A stretch of DNA of 64,000 nt from Alphaproteobacteria bacterium (lineage in GTDB: Bacteria; Pseudomonadota; Alphaproteobacteria; GCA-2731375), in contig CBDDPY010000002.1 of assembly GCA_965232515.1 (NCBI GenBank), positions 1,856,001-1,920,000 on the forward strand, read 5' to 3'. Each line of letters starts with the position of its first letter. The first letter of the stretch is position 1. Both the position numbers and the translations under genes were made by a program. The notes beneath the pieces are model-generated. The model did no database searches and was not told the origin of the DNA. It was given only the letters and a program-made list of their open reading frames with translations. Of this stretch, positions 14,575 to 24,020 are shown one piece after another.

Positions 14575-14687
14575 ATGGCCCAGCACCGGCCGACCGCCTT
14601 TAGGCTTTGTTAAGCATGACGATGCCAGATTTACCGGGAGTTTGGCGGCCAAATGCCACGGCGCCGCTGTCGACCCCGAGGATACCA

Positions 14688-14981
14688 ATGGCTGGCACTT
14701 CCGATCCCGAATCCGAAATCGAGTCGATCGCGACGGCGTTGAATGCCGCCCGCGAGCAGGTGCGTAAGGGCGACCTGATCGACCTGACCGACTTCGCCGA
14801 ACGTATCGGCCGGCTCTGCGACACGCTGACGGCGCTGCCGCTGAACAGCGCCGCCGCCTATGCCGACCGGCTTGATCATCTGGCTGATGACCTGAACGCG
14901 CTCGCCAATGACGTCAACGACCAGCGCGAGCAGTTGCGCAAGCGGCTCGGCGGCATGGACGGCGGGTCGACGGCGCCATGA
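14688..14981 (+). CDS. Small helical hypothetical protein coupled to fliO
   Basis: GAGGA RBS before ATG 14688; stop overlaps the fliO start (ATGA). Confidence 0.7.
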   Translation: MAGTSDPESEIESIATALNAAREQVRKGDLIDLTDFAERIGRLCDTLTALPLNSAAAYADRLDHLADDLNALANDVNDQREQLRKRLGGMDGGSTAP

Positions 14982-15298
14982 TCGAATGGACGGACTATTT
15001 CCGTTTCGTCCTTGCTCTCGTGTTCGTGCTGGCGCTGATCGGCGGCCTCAGCCTGCTGGCCCGCCGTTTCGGCCTGACGCCCCGAGTGACCACAAGCGGC
15101 GGCCGGGCGACGCGACGCCTGGCGATCGTCGAAGTGGCGCCCGTCGACGCCAAGCATCGATTGATCCTGGTGCGGCGCGACGACAGAGAAAGCCTGATCC
15201 TGCTTGGCCCGACCGCCGACCTGCTGATCGAATCCGACATCCCTGTTCCCGACGAACGGTCGGAGCTGAAGCCGAAGCTGGTCCGGAGCGGCGCATGA
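14978..15298 (+). CDS. fliO: Flagellar biosynthetic protein FliO
   Basis: N-terminal TM, RRLAIVE...D.KHRLILVRRD..E.LILLG; directly upstream of fliP. Confidence 0.9.
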   Translation: MIEWTDYFRFVLALVFVLALIGGLSLLARRFGLTPRVTTSGGRATRRLAIVEVAPVDAKHRLILVRRDDRESLILLGPTADLLIESDIPVPDERSELKPKLVRSGA

Positions 15299-16047
15299 AC
15301 CGGCCGCGCCGAGGGCGCGCCGCCGCCCTCGGCGTCGGCTTGATCGCGGCGCTTCTGCTGGCGGCGGCGACGCCCGCTTTCGCCCAGGCGCTGACGCTCG
15401 ATCTCGGCGACGGCGGTCAGCTCAGCGGCCGCGTCATGCAGTTGCTGGCGTTGATTACGGTTCTCAGCCTGGCGCCCTCGATCCTGGTCATGATGACGTC
15501 GTTCACGCGTATCGTCGTGGTGCTGTCGCTCCTGCGCAGCGCGCTCGGCGTGCAGCAAAGTCCGCCGAATTCGGTGATCATCAGCCTGGCGCTGTTCATG
15601 ACGGTGTTCATCATGACACCGACCCTGACCCAGATCTACGACACCGCCATCGCGCCGCTGGTCGACGAGCAGATCGACGAGGCGGAAGCGCTCGAGCGCG
15701 CTGCGGTGCCGGTGCGCGCCTTCATGCTGAAGCAGGTCCGCGAGAAGGACCTGCTTCTGTTCCTCGACCTGTCGGGCAACGAACGGCCGGAATCGCCGGA
15801 GGCGACGCCGATGCAGGTGCTGATCCCGGCCTTCATCATCAGCGAGTTGCGGCGGGCGTTCGAGATCGGCTTCCTGCTGTTCGTGCCGTTCATCGTCGTC
15901 GACATGGTGGTCGCCTCGGTGCTCATGTCGATGGGCATGATGATGCTGCCGCCGATCATGATCTCACTGCCGTTCAAGCTGATCTTCTTCGTCCTCGTCG
16001 ACGGCTGGCACCTCGTCACCGGCAGCCTGATCCAAAGCTTCAACTGA
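15295..16047 (+). CDS. fliP: Flagellar export protein FliP
   Basis: LSLAPSILVMMTSFTRI, ISELRRAFEIGF, MSMGMMMLPP, LPFKLIFFVLVDGW. Confidence 0.98.
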   Translation: MNRPRRGRAAALGVGLIAALLLAAATPAFAQALTLDLGDGGQLSGRVMQLLALITVLSLAPSILVMMTSFTRIVVVLSLLRSALGVQQSPPNSVIISLALFMTVFIMTPTLTQIYDTAIAPLVDEQIDEAEALERAAVPVRAFMLKQVREKDLLLFLDLSGNERPESPEATPMQVLIPAFIISELRRAFEIGFLLFVPFIVVDMVVASVLMSMGMMMLPPIMISLPFKLIFFVLVDGWHLVTGSLIQSFN

Positions 16048-16191
16048 CGCTTCGACAATTTGGACGGCACACTTTAAAGGCCGCGACTGCGGCCCGCCGG
16101 CAATCCGGCGCGCCCGCGCAGGCGCGGACCGCAGGTCCGCTGCCGTGAGCGCAAATATAAACTAGATCGCGTGCCCGTTCGGGGACGCAAT

Positions 16192-19100
16192 CTAGTTGAT
16201 GGCGCTGAGACCGCCGACGGCGAGCCGACTGCGATAGCTGGCCATGAAGGCCTCGAGCTGGCTGGTGTCGGCGATGGCGCCGGCGAGCTGCCGGAATTCG
16301 GTCTTGGTCGGATCGATATTGTGGGTCAGCACCCGAAAGGTGTCGGCATGCGGGCCGTTCGCCATCCGCTCGGCAAATTCGTCGGTCAACTTGTCCAGGC
16401 CTTCGAAGTCGTCGGCCATGTAGAGCGAAATCGCCGTCTGGATCACGCGGTTCTGATCCGACGCCGACAACGGTAGGTCCTGCCGGGCCCGGTCGGCCAA
16501 CAGGCCCTGCATGGTTTTCGCCGCCGCCGCCCAATCCTGGTTGCGCCAATGGATGTCGGCCCGCAACAGCTGGGCCGGCTCGCTGGTGTCGCCGGCGATG
16601 GACTCCAGCGCCTCCTTGGTGCGGTTCAGCTCCACCAGCGCGCGGATCCGCAAATAGCGTCGTTCACTCGACAGCTCGTCCGCGAGCACGCCGAAGCGAC
16701 TGGCGTCGAGCACCGAGAGGGCCTCTGCCGGGCTCTTGTTCAGCAAATGAATGACGGCCAGACGGGCCGCGACCCGCGCCTTCTCACCGCCCTTCAGACG
16801 AAAGTTCACCTGGTGGTCGAGCAGCCGCGCCGCCCGATCCAGCAAATCGACCTGGACCAGACGATCGGCCAGTCGGCGGATCATCTCGTCGCCGCGCTTA
16901 CCGACGGGCGTCAGCTCCTGGAAGTCATAATACAGCGCCAGCGCCCGCACCGGATCGAGTTTGTTCGCCGCACCGTTCAGGTACAGCTCATCGAAGATCG
17001 AGTTCATGAGCTGGGCCAGCGTCCGCGCGTTCTTGGAATCCGGAAAGTAGGTCACGGCCTGACGCAGGGTCTCCAGCGCTTTGCGGTAGTCGCTGTTGGC
17101 GATGTGCATATCCGACAGCCGCTCCATCAGCCGGAGCTCATAGGTATCGCCGCGCCAGGCGAAGCGCAAAGACTCCAGACGCTCGATGGCCTCGGTCGCA
17201 TCGATCTGTTCCAGACCGAGCTCGACCTTCACCTTGGCCATCGCGGCCCGCGCGCGCGTCGGCCGATAGTCGCGGTCGATGGCGGCCGCATAGTGTTCCA
17301 GCGCCAGCTCGGGCTCTTCGTCGCGTTCGGCCGCCTTGCCCCGCATCAGCCTGGCGTAGCTCGCCGCCCGACGTGAATCCGGGAACGCCTCCAGTTGGTC
17401 GACGGCAACCCGGAAGCTGGTGATGTCGTCGGCCTGGAGCGCGGCCTGCGACCAGCCAATCAGCACCTGCTCCGCCAACTCTCGCGGCAGCGTCTGTATC
17501 GCCTCGGCGCCGGCCGCGAATTCGCGGTTCGCCTCCTCGTATTTCTCCATGCCGAGGTAGATCAGACCGCGCCAGACGCCGACATCGGCATGCCGGTTGA
17601 GGTCGGCGTGCAACAGGTCCTTGGCCGCCACATCAGAACGGTTGGACAGCAACAGGCTGACGCCGCGAACGGCCCGGAAATCCGGTCGCTTGGGCAGCTC
17701 CGGATCGTCGGCTTCCATCATCGTCAGCAGCGCCAGCGTATCGGCGATCTGGTTGTGCGCGAAGTACAGGCGCGCCAGCGCCCAGCGCGCATCGTTGCGT
17801 TTCGGCTCGGGCGCCGACGCCAGCTCACGCTGCAGCGCCTGCTTGCGCATCGTGAAGCCATCGTTGCCGTCGGCCCGCCAACCACGGAAGTCCATCAGCA
17901 GGCCTTTCACCGAGGCGGCAAACATGCGTGTGTTGCGCGTCTTCTCGACCACCTCGGGCGAAGACAACACCAGGCCGCGCCCATTGCCGATGGCGACGCC
18001 GTTGCGCCGCGGCGTGACCTCAAGATCGTCGATGAAAGCCCGCACGACGACACCCTGCGCCGTCGGCAGCGTGCGAAACTCGGCGAATTCCTGCGATACC
18101 GGCACGCCATGCCCCGACGGCAGGACAGGGACCACGGTCAGTTCGTCGCCGACCTCGGGATCGTAGATCCGGACGCGTCTGCCGGTGTCGATCACCGGCA
18201 GGAAGACCCGCGGCCCGTCGACGGCATTGGATTGCGGCACGGCCGGGATCTGCGCCGAAGCTCCGCCGGCGCCGGTCGACAGACGCAGCAGCCAGGTCGC
18301 CCGCTCGCGCCGCATGGTCGGGAACAGACCGTTGCGGATTTTCAACCGAAGAATCGTGGCCCGTCGATGGCCGATTTGCTGTGCGGCCAGGATCCCGCTG
18401 TCGCCGCCGCCGACACCGCGCAGGTCGGCAAGCGTCGGCGCATCGAAAATGATCCAAAGGAAGCCCGAGCGCTCGAAGGCGGCCGCGGCGACCGGCTCGG
18501 ACCAGGGAAAGGCCAATTGAATGGAATCGCCGGTCTCGTTGATGCCGATGCGCAGGCGGCCGCCCTCCTCCGCCGGCTCGACCGCGGCCTGGGTCGTCGG
18601 CGCGGTTGGCTGCGGTGTCGGCGCGGGCGCCTGGGCAACGGGCTCGCGCTTGACGGCCGGCGGACCGGCATTCTCCTTCTGCTGCGTCTTCTTCACCAGC
18701 GGCACCGGCGGTCCATCGGCGGGCTTTGCCTGTGTCGTCGCGGCCGGCGCCGGCGGCTTGGCCGTCGCGGCCAGAATGTCGACGACGACCTTGGTGCCGT
18801 CGCGGAAATGGCGCACCCTGACACCCTTGGGCACGGCCAGATCGACCCGGGTGCCGGCGGCGTCCTGACGAACGCTGATACCCTTCAACTGCGGCGGACT
18901 GTCCCGTCGCGCCGGCTTGGTGTCGATGCGCGCGGCATGCGAAAAGGCGATGCTGACCTGTCCGTCCTGCTCGCTGATGCGATAGGTAACGTTGCGCCGC
19001 CAGTCGAAGACCAATCGGCTGAAGCCGTTGTGCTCACCGGCCCGCACCCGGACGACATCCGGCTCGGCTGGTTTGTCCGCCGCCGTGGCGGTACCGGCGG

Positions 19101-19482
19101 CGGGGCTTAGATCGACCAGATCCAGCGCCACGACACCGTCGATCCGCCGTTGCTTCAGACGCACCGGACGGATCAGGCGCATGGTCAGACGCCGGCCGTC
19201 GGGCGCCGCGGTCACATGCCGCACATAGCGGTAGAGATGCCGGTGGATCGGCCGGAAATTCCGATCGACCGCCGTGCTAAGATCAATCACCAGATCCAGA
19301 CCGTCGAGGCTGGCCCGAAACCCGTTCGGCGTCTCGCCGTCGAACGCCATCCGGGCAAAGCCGTCATGGGTGCCGGCTCGAATACGAATGCCGTCTTCGG
19401 CCGCCGACGCCACCGCTGGCGCCAAAAGCAAAGCCAGCGCCAGGCCACGCGCGGCAAGCCGCGGACTGCGTATCCCGCTCAT
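16192..19482 (-). CDS. Large periplasmic TPR protein of the flagellar cluster
   Basis: Signal peptide (..PAVASA), two IR.RAG.H.GF.R..FD repeats, Pro/Ala/Thr linker, helical TPR-like C-terminal half. Confidence 0.8.
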   Translation of the reverse strand: MSGIRSPRLAARGLALALLLAPAVASAAEDGIRIRAGTHDGFARMAFDGETPNGFRASLDGLDLVIDLSTAVDRNFRPIHRHLYRYVRHVTAAPDGRRLTMRLIRPVRLKQRRIDGVVALDLVDLSPAAGTATAADKPAEPDVVRVRAGEHNGFSRLVFDWRRNVTYRISEQDGQVSIAFSHAARIDTKPARRDSPPQLKGISVRQDAAGTRVDLAVPKGVRVRHFRDGTKVVVDILAATAKPPAPAATTQAKPADGPPVPLVKKTQQKENAGPPAVKREPVAQAPAPTPQPTAPTTQAAVEPAEEGGRLRIGINETGDSIQLAFPWSEPVAAAAFERSGFLWIIFDAPTLADLRGVGGGDSGILAAQQIGHRRATILRLKIRNGLFPTMRRERATWLLRLSTGAGGASAQIPAVPQSNAVDGPRVFLPVIDTGRRVRIYDPEVGDELTVVPVLPSGHGVPVSQEFAEFRTLPTAQGVVVRAFIDDLEVTPRRNGVAIGNGRGLVLSSPEVVEKTRNTRMFAASVKGLLMDFRGWRADGNDGFTMRKQALQRELASAPEPKRNDARWALARLYFAHNQIADTLALLTMMEADDPELPKRPDFRAVRGVSLLLSNRSDVAAKDLLHADLNRHADVGVWRGLIYLGMEKYEEANREFAAGAEAIQTLPRELAEQVLIGWSQAALQADDITSFRVAVDQLEAFPDSRRAASYARLMRGKAAERDEEPELALEHYAAAIDRDYRPTRARAAMAKVKVELGLEQIDATEAIERLESLRFAWRGDTYELRLMERLSDMHIANSDYRKALETLRQAVTYFPDSKNARTLAQLMNSIFDELYLNGAANKLDPVRALALYYDFQELTPVGKRGDEMIRRLADRLVQVDLLDRAARLLDHQVNFRLKGGEKARVAARLAVIHLLNKSPAEALSVLDASRFGVLADELSSERRYLRIRALVELNRTKEALESIAGDTSEPAQLLRADIHWRNQDWAAAAKTMQGLLADRARQDLPLSASDQNRVIQTAISLYMADDFEGLDKLTDEFAERMANGPHADTFRVLTHNIDPTKTEFRQLAGAIADTSQLEAFMASYRSRLAVGGLSAIN

Positions 19483-20198
19483 TCGGCCCTCGCCGGGCTT
19501 TCGCGCAGGATCAGATCGACCCGCCGGGCGAGCCGCATACGACGGGCTTCGCTCAAGGCCGTCGACAGATCGAAGAACCGCGAGTCGGCCAAGCCGAAGA
19601 CGTGGATCGGCAGACTATAGCCGCCGGCGGAAACCGCATTGGCAATCGCCGTGGCGCGCGCCAGCGACAGCTCCCAATTGGATGGGAACGGGCCGGATCC
19701 GCTGACGGGATCGGGATCGGTGTGACCTTGCACCTCGAGTTGGTTGGCGACGAACGCGAGCGCGCTCGCCAGTACCGCGGCGGCATTGCGCGCGGCCGGA
19801 GTCGGATCGGCGCGCCCGGGCGGGAACAACAGGTCGGCCGGCAGCGACAGCAGCAGCCGGTCGTCGAGCCGGATGATCAGACCGCGCGAGAGCAGCGGGT
19901 CGGTCGCGATCTTCTCCTCCAGAATGCGCTGCAGATAGCTCAAATCGACGGCGCGGCGCTCCTGCACCTCCGGTGAATTGACGTCGAAGCGCAAGACCGG
20001 ATCGGTCCATTCGACGCTGGGGTTCAACCGCTCCGACAGGGCCTGGACCAGCGCATGCCAGGCATCCAGCTTGACCTGCGACATCGAGAACAGGAGCACG
20101 AAGAATGTCAGCAGCAGCGACATCAGATCGGCGAACGTGATCATCCACGCCCGGCTGGACGGCTTCGGCAGCGGCGGCTGATTATCCAGGTCCGACAT
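19479..20198 (-). CDS. motB: MotB-family stator protein (plug + OmpA domain)
   Basis: WMITFADLMSLLLTFFVLL with the conserved Asp; VQGHTD, NWELSLARA, RRVDL. Confidence 0.85.
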   Translation of the reverse strand: MSDLDNQPPLPKPSSRAWMITFADLMSLLLTFFVLLFSMSQVKLDAWHALVQALSERLNPSVEWTDPVLRFDVNSPEVQERRAVDLSYLQRILEEKIATDPLLSRGLIIRLDDRLLLSLPADLLFPPGRADPTPAARNAAAVLASALAFVANQLEVQGHTDPDPVSGSGPFPSNWELSLARATAIANAVSAGGYSLPIHVFGLADSRFFDLSTALSEARRMRLARRVDLILRESPARAE

Positions 20199-20202
20199 TC
20201 GA

Positions 20203-20886
20203 CTAGGGCACCAGGGTCTCGAAGCTGATCTTCGCCTGCTGTTCGATGCGGGTCGCGAAGGTGATCTCGGCGACGCCAGGATCGCCGCGGCGAATGCCGG
20301 TCAGGATCGACGTCGGCGCCGCGCCGCGGCGCCGCAGCGCCCGCGCGAAGACGCCGGCGCGCTGAACCTCCAGCAGCGCGCCGCTGGTCGGACCATCCGG
20401 CAGTTGGGGCCCGGTGCCGAGCAGCAGTTCGGCCTCGAAGCGCAGGCCGGGCTCCTGCCGGTTCAGGCTGTCGGCGATCCCGTCGAGCAACCGGCGGCCA
20501 TTCAGGCGGAACCGCAACGAACCTGCATGGAACAGTTGATCGGCCGGCACGGTCACCCGAAAGATGCCGCCGCGCTGCACCGGCGAAAACTGGGCCAGCG
20601 GCAGCGTTTCCTCGAACAGTCGCCTGATATCCCTGCGGAAGGTGGCCGCCGCGCGGAAATAGCCCGTGCTGGTGGACGACGACATGCGATCGACCCGCAC
20701 CGGCAGGTCGGTTCGGAAGGTCGCGGTCAGGCTGCCGATCGCCACCTCGGCCCGCGACTCCTCATAGTTCGAAATGCTGTTCAGCAGGATGAAGAACGCC
20801 AGCAACAGCAGATAGAGCGACAACAGCACGACGATCGTCGGGTCTCGGTCACTGTTGGTACTCTGGCCAATGAACGGCATATGCAT
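20203..20886 (-). CDS. Degenerate MotB-like membrane protein
   Basis: LSLYLLLLAFFILLNSIS resembles the MotB TM/plug; OmpA motif degenerate. Confidence 0.65.
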   Translation of the reverse strand: MHMPFIGQSTNSDRDPTIVVLLSLYLLLLAFFILLNSISNYEESRAEVAIGSLTATFRTDLPVRVDRMSSSTSTGYFRAAATFRRDIRRLFEETLPLAQFSPVQRGGIFRVTVPADQLFHAGSLRFRLNGRRLLDGIADSLNRQEPGLRFEAELLLGTGPQLPDGPTSGALLEVQRAGVFARALRRRGAAPTSILTGIRRGDPGVAEITFATRIEQQAKISFETLVP

Positions 20887-21046
20887 GGCGGCAGCGTCCG
20901 AATTCCCGGGAGGACCAACGGCGCGGCCGGCCCAGGCGGTTGGCCGGCCTTGGCTGTCGAGGGTAAGCGGGTTTGGTTAATCGGCCGTAAAACCGCCCGT
21001 CCGGGGCCAACGGGCAGGCGCCGCCAACCCGTGGCCAAAACGCCGC

Positions 21047-22762
21047 TCAGGTCGTCCTGACGGTCGACGAGCCTCTGCCGCGTGCCCGGGTCAGCCGCCC
21101 CATCAGGCGTTCGAGCGATTCCAGACGCTGACGCTTTTCTTCCTTGGTGTCGGACTCCTGCAAAAACAGCTGCATGAATTCCGGGTCGCGGATGTAGTGC
21201 AGCGCCTCGTCATGCGCCTGGCGCGACGCCATGCCCTCGGTGAAGACGTTTTCCGTGCACATTCGCAGCAGCGTCGTGGCCTTCTCGTAGCAGTTTCGAT
21301 CGCTACGATCGATCTCGCCGAAAATGTCGTGCTCGTTGACCATTTGCATACAGAAATAGTCGAGCTGCTCGCTGATCTCCGACTTGTACCGGTTCGAAAA
21401 GCCGCTATCGAGCACGCGCGCCTGAACGGCGGCAAGCTGGCGCATTCGGTTCTCCGGTGGCCCGATATGCTGAATGAACGCATCCGAGCCGATCGCATCG
21501 CCGAAGATCGGCATGATGTAGTTGACGAGCTTGCGTTTGTTCTTCTGGCCGACGATGCCGTGCTCGATGTTCATGAGGCAGGTCACCCGCGCCAACGGGT
21601 CGACTACGCCCTGCAACAGCTGTCCGATCATGTCCGGCCCCAGATACCGCTTCGAACGCGACTTGAACGCCTTCTCGAGCTCGCCGCCGCCTAGATAGCT
21701 GCCGTCTTCGCGGCGGATGCGGGCTGCCAGATCGGCATTGAACAGGATTTCGTCGACGGCGCCGCCGTCGGTCAGGAAACGCGAACCGCTGAGCGACGAG
21801 ACCAACCTGTCCAACAAGGCGTCGCGACAGCGCGGCAGCCGGTCTTCGCCGATCATCTCATTGAGCAACCGGACCGACGCCGGGCAATCCCGGACCTCCA
21901 GACTGCCGAGCGCGAGATCGGCGATCTGCAACAAGGCCTGTCCGAGATTGGGCTGTTCGCCCAGCAACGCCGTCATCGTCGCGGCGCTGGCCAGGAGATC
22001 GGACAGCAAGGTGTCGAGCAAGGGCAGACTGAAATTGTCGGCCGGAGTCTCGGCAATCAGCTGCACGAGGTATTCGAGCTTGCCGGCGAAGGAACCTTCG
22101 GACTGCATCTCGATGACGACGGCCGTATTGAACAGAAACTCCCGATCCTCGCGGTCGCTGATGGCGATGCGCAGCGCGGCGACGTCGCGATCTTGAATCC
22201 GCACGATCTCGCCGTCGCGCCAACGCTTGCGGATGGAATTTCGGAGCTCTTCCAGCAGCTTGAACAGATCCCGCGTCCGTTCCTGGACGCTCATCTCGGT
22301 GCCCCGGACCTGCGCCATGGAAGCGCGTTGCACCGCGCCCATCATGAGCGAGCCCGTGCTCTCCAGCCGATGCATCAGATCGGGGTGATGCAACAGCTCC
22401 ATGACGCTGGTGTTTGTCTTGTTCAGGTAATCGTGCAGCAACCGCCGGATGGCCGCCCGCGCACGGACGCCATAGAGCTGATTGACCGCATTGCAGACCG
22501 GGCCGCCGTCGGCCGGACCGACGTCGTTTGTCGGCTTGCGCCGCCGGTCGCCCAGGAACAGGACCTCACGCTCGCTGAATTCGCCCGTGGCATCGTCATA
22601 TCCGACGCGCATGACCTTGACGTTGTCGCCACGGCCGTCGGGACGCCGCGCCGCGGCCTCGGCCTTGGCGTCGTCCTGGTCATCGAAGACGCCGACAACG
22701 GTCCAGCCGCTCTGATCCTCGATCAGAACCTCGAATGTGTTGGCGTTCGCGGTCACGCCCAC
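21047..22762 (-). CDS. Hypothetical protein (571 aa, largely helical)
   Basis: Long ORF with GTG start and GGAGG-like RBS, co-oriented with neighbours; no motif recognised. Confidence 0.75.
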   Translation of the reverse strand: MGVTANANTFEVLIEDQSGWTVVGVFDDQDDAKAEAAARRPDGRGDNVKVMRVGYDDATGEFSEREVLFLGDRRRKPTNDVGPADGGPVCNAVNQLYGVRARAAIRRLLHDYLNKTNTSVMELLHHPDLMHRLESTGSLMMGAVQRASMAQVRGTEMSVQERTRDLFKLLEELRNSIRKRWRDGEIVRIQDRDVAALRIAISDREDREFLFNTAVVIEMQSEGSFAGKLEYLVQLIAETPADNFSLPLLDTLLSDLLASAATMTALLGEQPNLGQALLQIADLALGSLEVRDCPASVRLLNEMIGEDRLPRCRDALLDRLVSSLSGSRFLTDGGAVDEILFNADLAARIRREDGSYLGGGELEKAFKSRSKRYLGPDMIGQLLQGVVDPLARVTCLMNIEHGIVGQKNKRKLVNYIMPIFGDAIGSDAFIQHIGPPENRMRQLAAVQARVLDSGFSNRYKSEISEQLDYFCMQMVNEHDIFGEIDRSDRNCYEKATTLLRMCTENVFTEGMASRQAHDEALHYIRDPEFMQLFLQESDTKEEKRQRLESLERLMGRLTRARGRGSSTVRTT

Positions 22763-22880
22763 CTTGCCTCCACTGCCACCGCACCAATTCTATGGTCGGC
22801 GAAGGGGCTTAAGATTTCGCCAAGTGGTATTGCAACGTCGGCGCGGGCAAGCCGGCACGCTTAACGGCTGTTAACGACGC

Positions 22881-23561
22881 CTAGCCGCCGGTCTTGGGCA
22901 GGACCCGTCGCGTGGCAAGTTCGACGGTTATCTGCTTGGCCTTGCCGGGATCCATGTTCGCCAGGATCGGCGCCATCTTGGCCTCGCGCATGCGCTCGGC
23001 GACGTCGAGCAAAATGTCGAGATCGAGCTGCTCGAAGATTCGCGCCGCGTCCTTCGGCTTCATGTTCTCGTAAACCTTCACCAAGCTCTTGAGCTGCTGC
23101 TCGCCCTGCTCGTCATGCTGCTGAAGGTATTGCTGAATCTTCTCCTCCAGCGCCTTCAACTCGACGATCTTGCCGTCGATGCGCTTCTCGGTGGCCTTCA
23201 AAACGTTCTCGCGCAATTCCAGATCCCGGGCGCGGGCGTCGAGCGCGTCGCGACGCTTGGCCAGGCTCTGCAGAACCTCGATCTCGGCCTGACTGAACTG
23301 CGTCGAGACCGGCCGCGGCGCCGGTTCGGCATCGCCGGCGTCGGCCGCGTTCGACTCAGCCGTCGCGTCCGTTGCCTCGGCGACCGCGGTGTCCTTCGGC
23401 TTCGCCGGCTTCGCCGCCGCCTCCGTCTCCGGCGTCGTTTCCGCCAGCGATGCCGGGAATATCAGATCGCCGGCGCCACGCCAGATGTTGTCCAGCTTGA
23501 GCCCAAACAACAGCGCCGTAGCGATAATGACGACCGGCAGGATCCTCAGTCTTTCGCTCAT
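22881..23561 (-). CDS. motE: MotE family protein (MgtE-N-like C-terminus)
   Basis: N-terminal anchor, coiled coil, LVKVYENMKPKDAARIFEQL...ILANM. Confidence 0.85.
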   Translation of the reverse strand: MSERLRILPVVIIATALLFGLKLDNIWRGAGDLIFPASLAETTPETEAAAKPAKPKDTAVAEATDATAESNAADAGDAEPAPRPVSTQFSQAEIEVLQSLAKRRDALDARARDLELRENVLKATEKRIDGKIVELKALEEKIQQYLQQHDEQGEQQLKSLVKVYENMKPKDAARIFEQLDLDILLDVAERMREAKMAPILANMDPGKAKQITVELATRRVLPKTGG

Positions 23562-23597
23562 CTCGCGTCCGTTCTTCTCATTGCGGGCTTGGCCGTA

Positions 23598-24020
23598 TCA
23601 GCGGACCCGGCGCAATGCCTCACGCAGCTCACGCTCGGATTCGGACTGCCGGCCCGCCTCGCCGGGCTCGCCGATGGCGCCGCGCTCGCGGGCGCTGGCG
23701 CTGCTGCTCAGCAAGCGTTCCTCCAGCCGGTCGGCCAGGCTGCCGCCGGTCTGCACGATCATCGACAGCTCGTCGGCCAGCTCGCGCGCCGCGCCGACCC
23801 GCTCTTGCAGGGCGTTGCCGGCGTCGGCGCTGGCCCGCTTCAACGTCTCGATGCTGCTTTCGGCCTTCGATGTCGCCGCCACGAATTCGTCCAGCAGGCG
23901 CTGCATCTCATTCTGGCTGCTGCGCAGCACACCCAGCCGTCGGTTCAGCACGAAGCAGTATCCCGCGGTGACAACCAGCAGGACCGCGACCAGGGCCTCG
24001 AGCCAGAACTCCAGGTTCAT
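23598..24020 (-). CDS. DUF6468 / PflI-like bitopic coiled-coil protein
   Basis: TM then LNRRL..LR...F..AT.KAE..I..LK; directly downstream of fliM as in the Caulobacter fliLM-pflI order. Confidence 0.7.
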   Translation of the reverse strand: MNLEFWLEALVAVLLVVTAGYCFVLNRRLGVLRSSQNEMQRLLDEFVAATSKAESSIETLKRASADAGNALQERVGAARELADELSMIVQTGGSLADRLEERLLSSSASARERGAIGEPGEAGRQSESERELREALRRVR

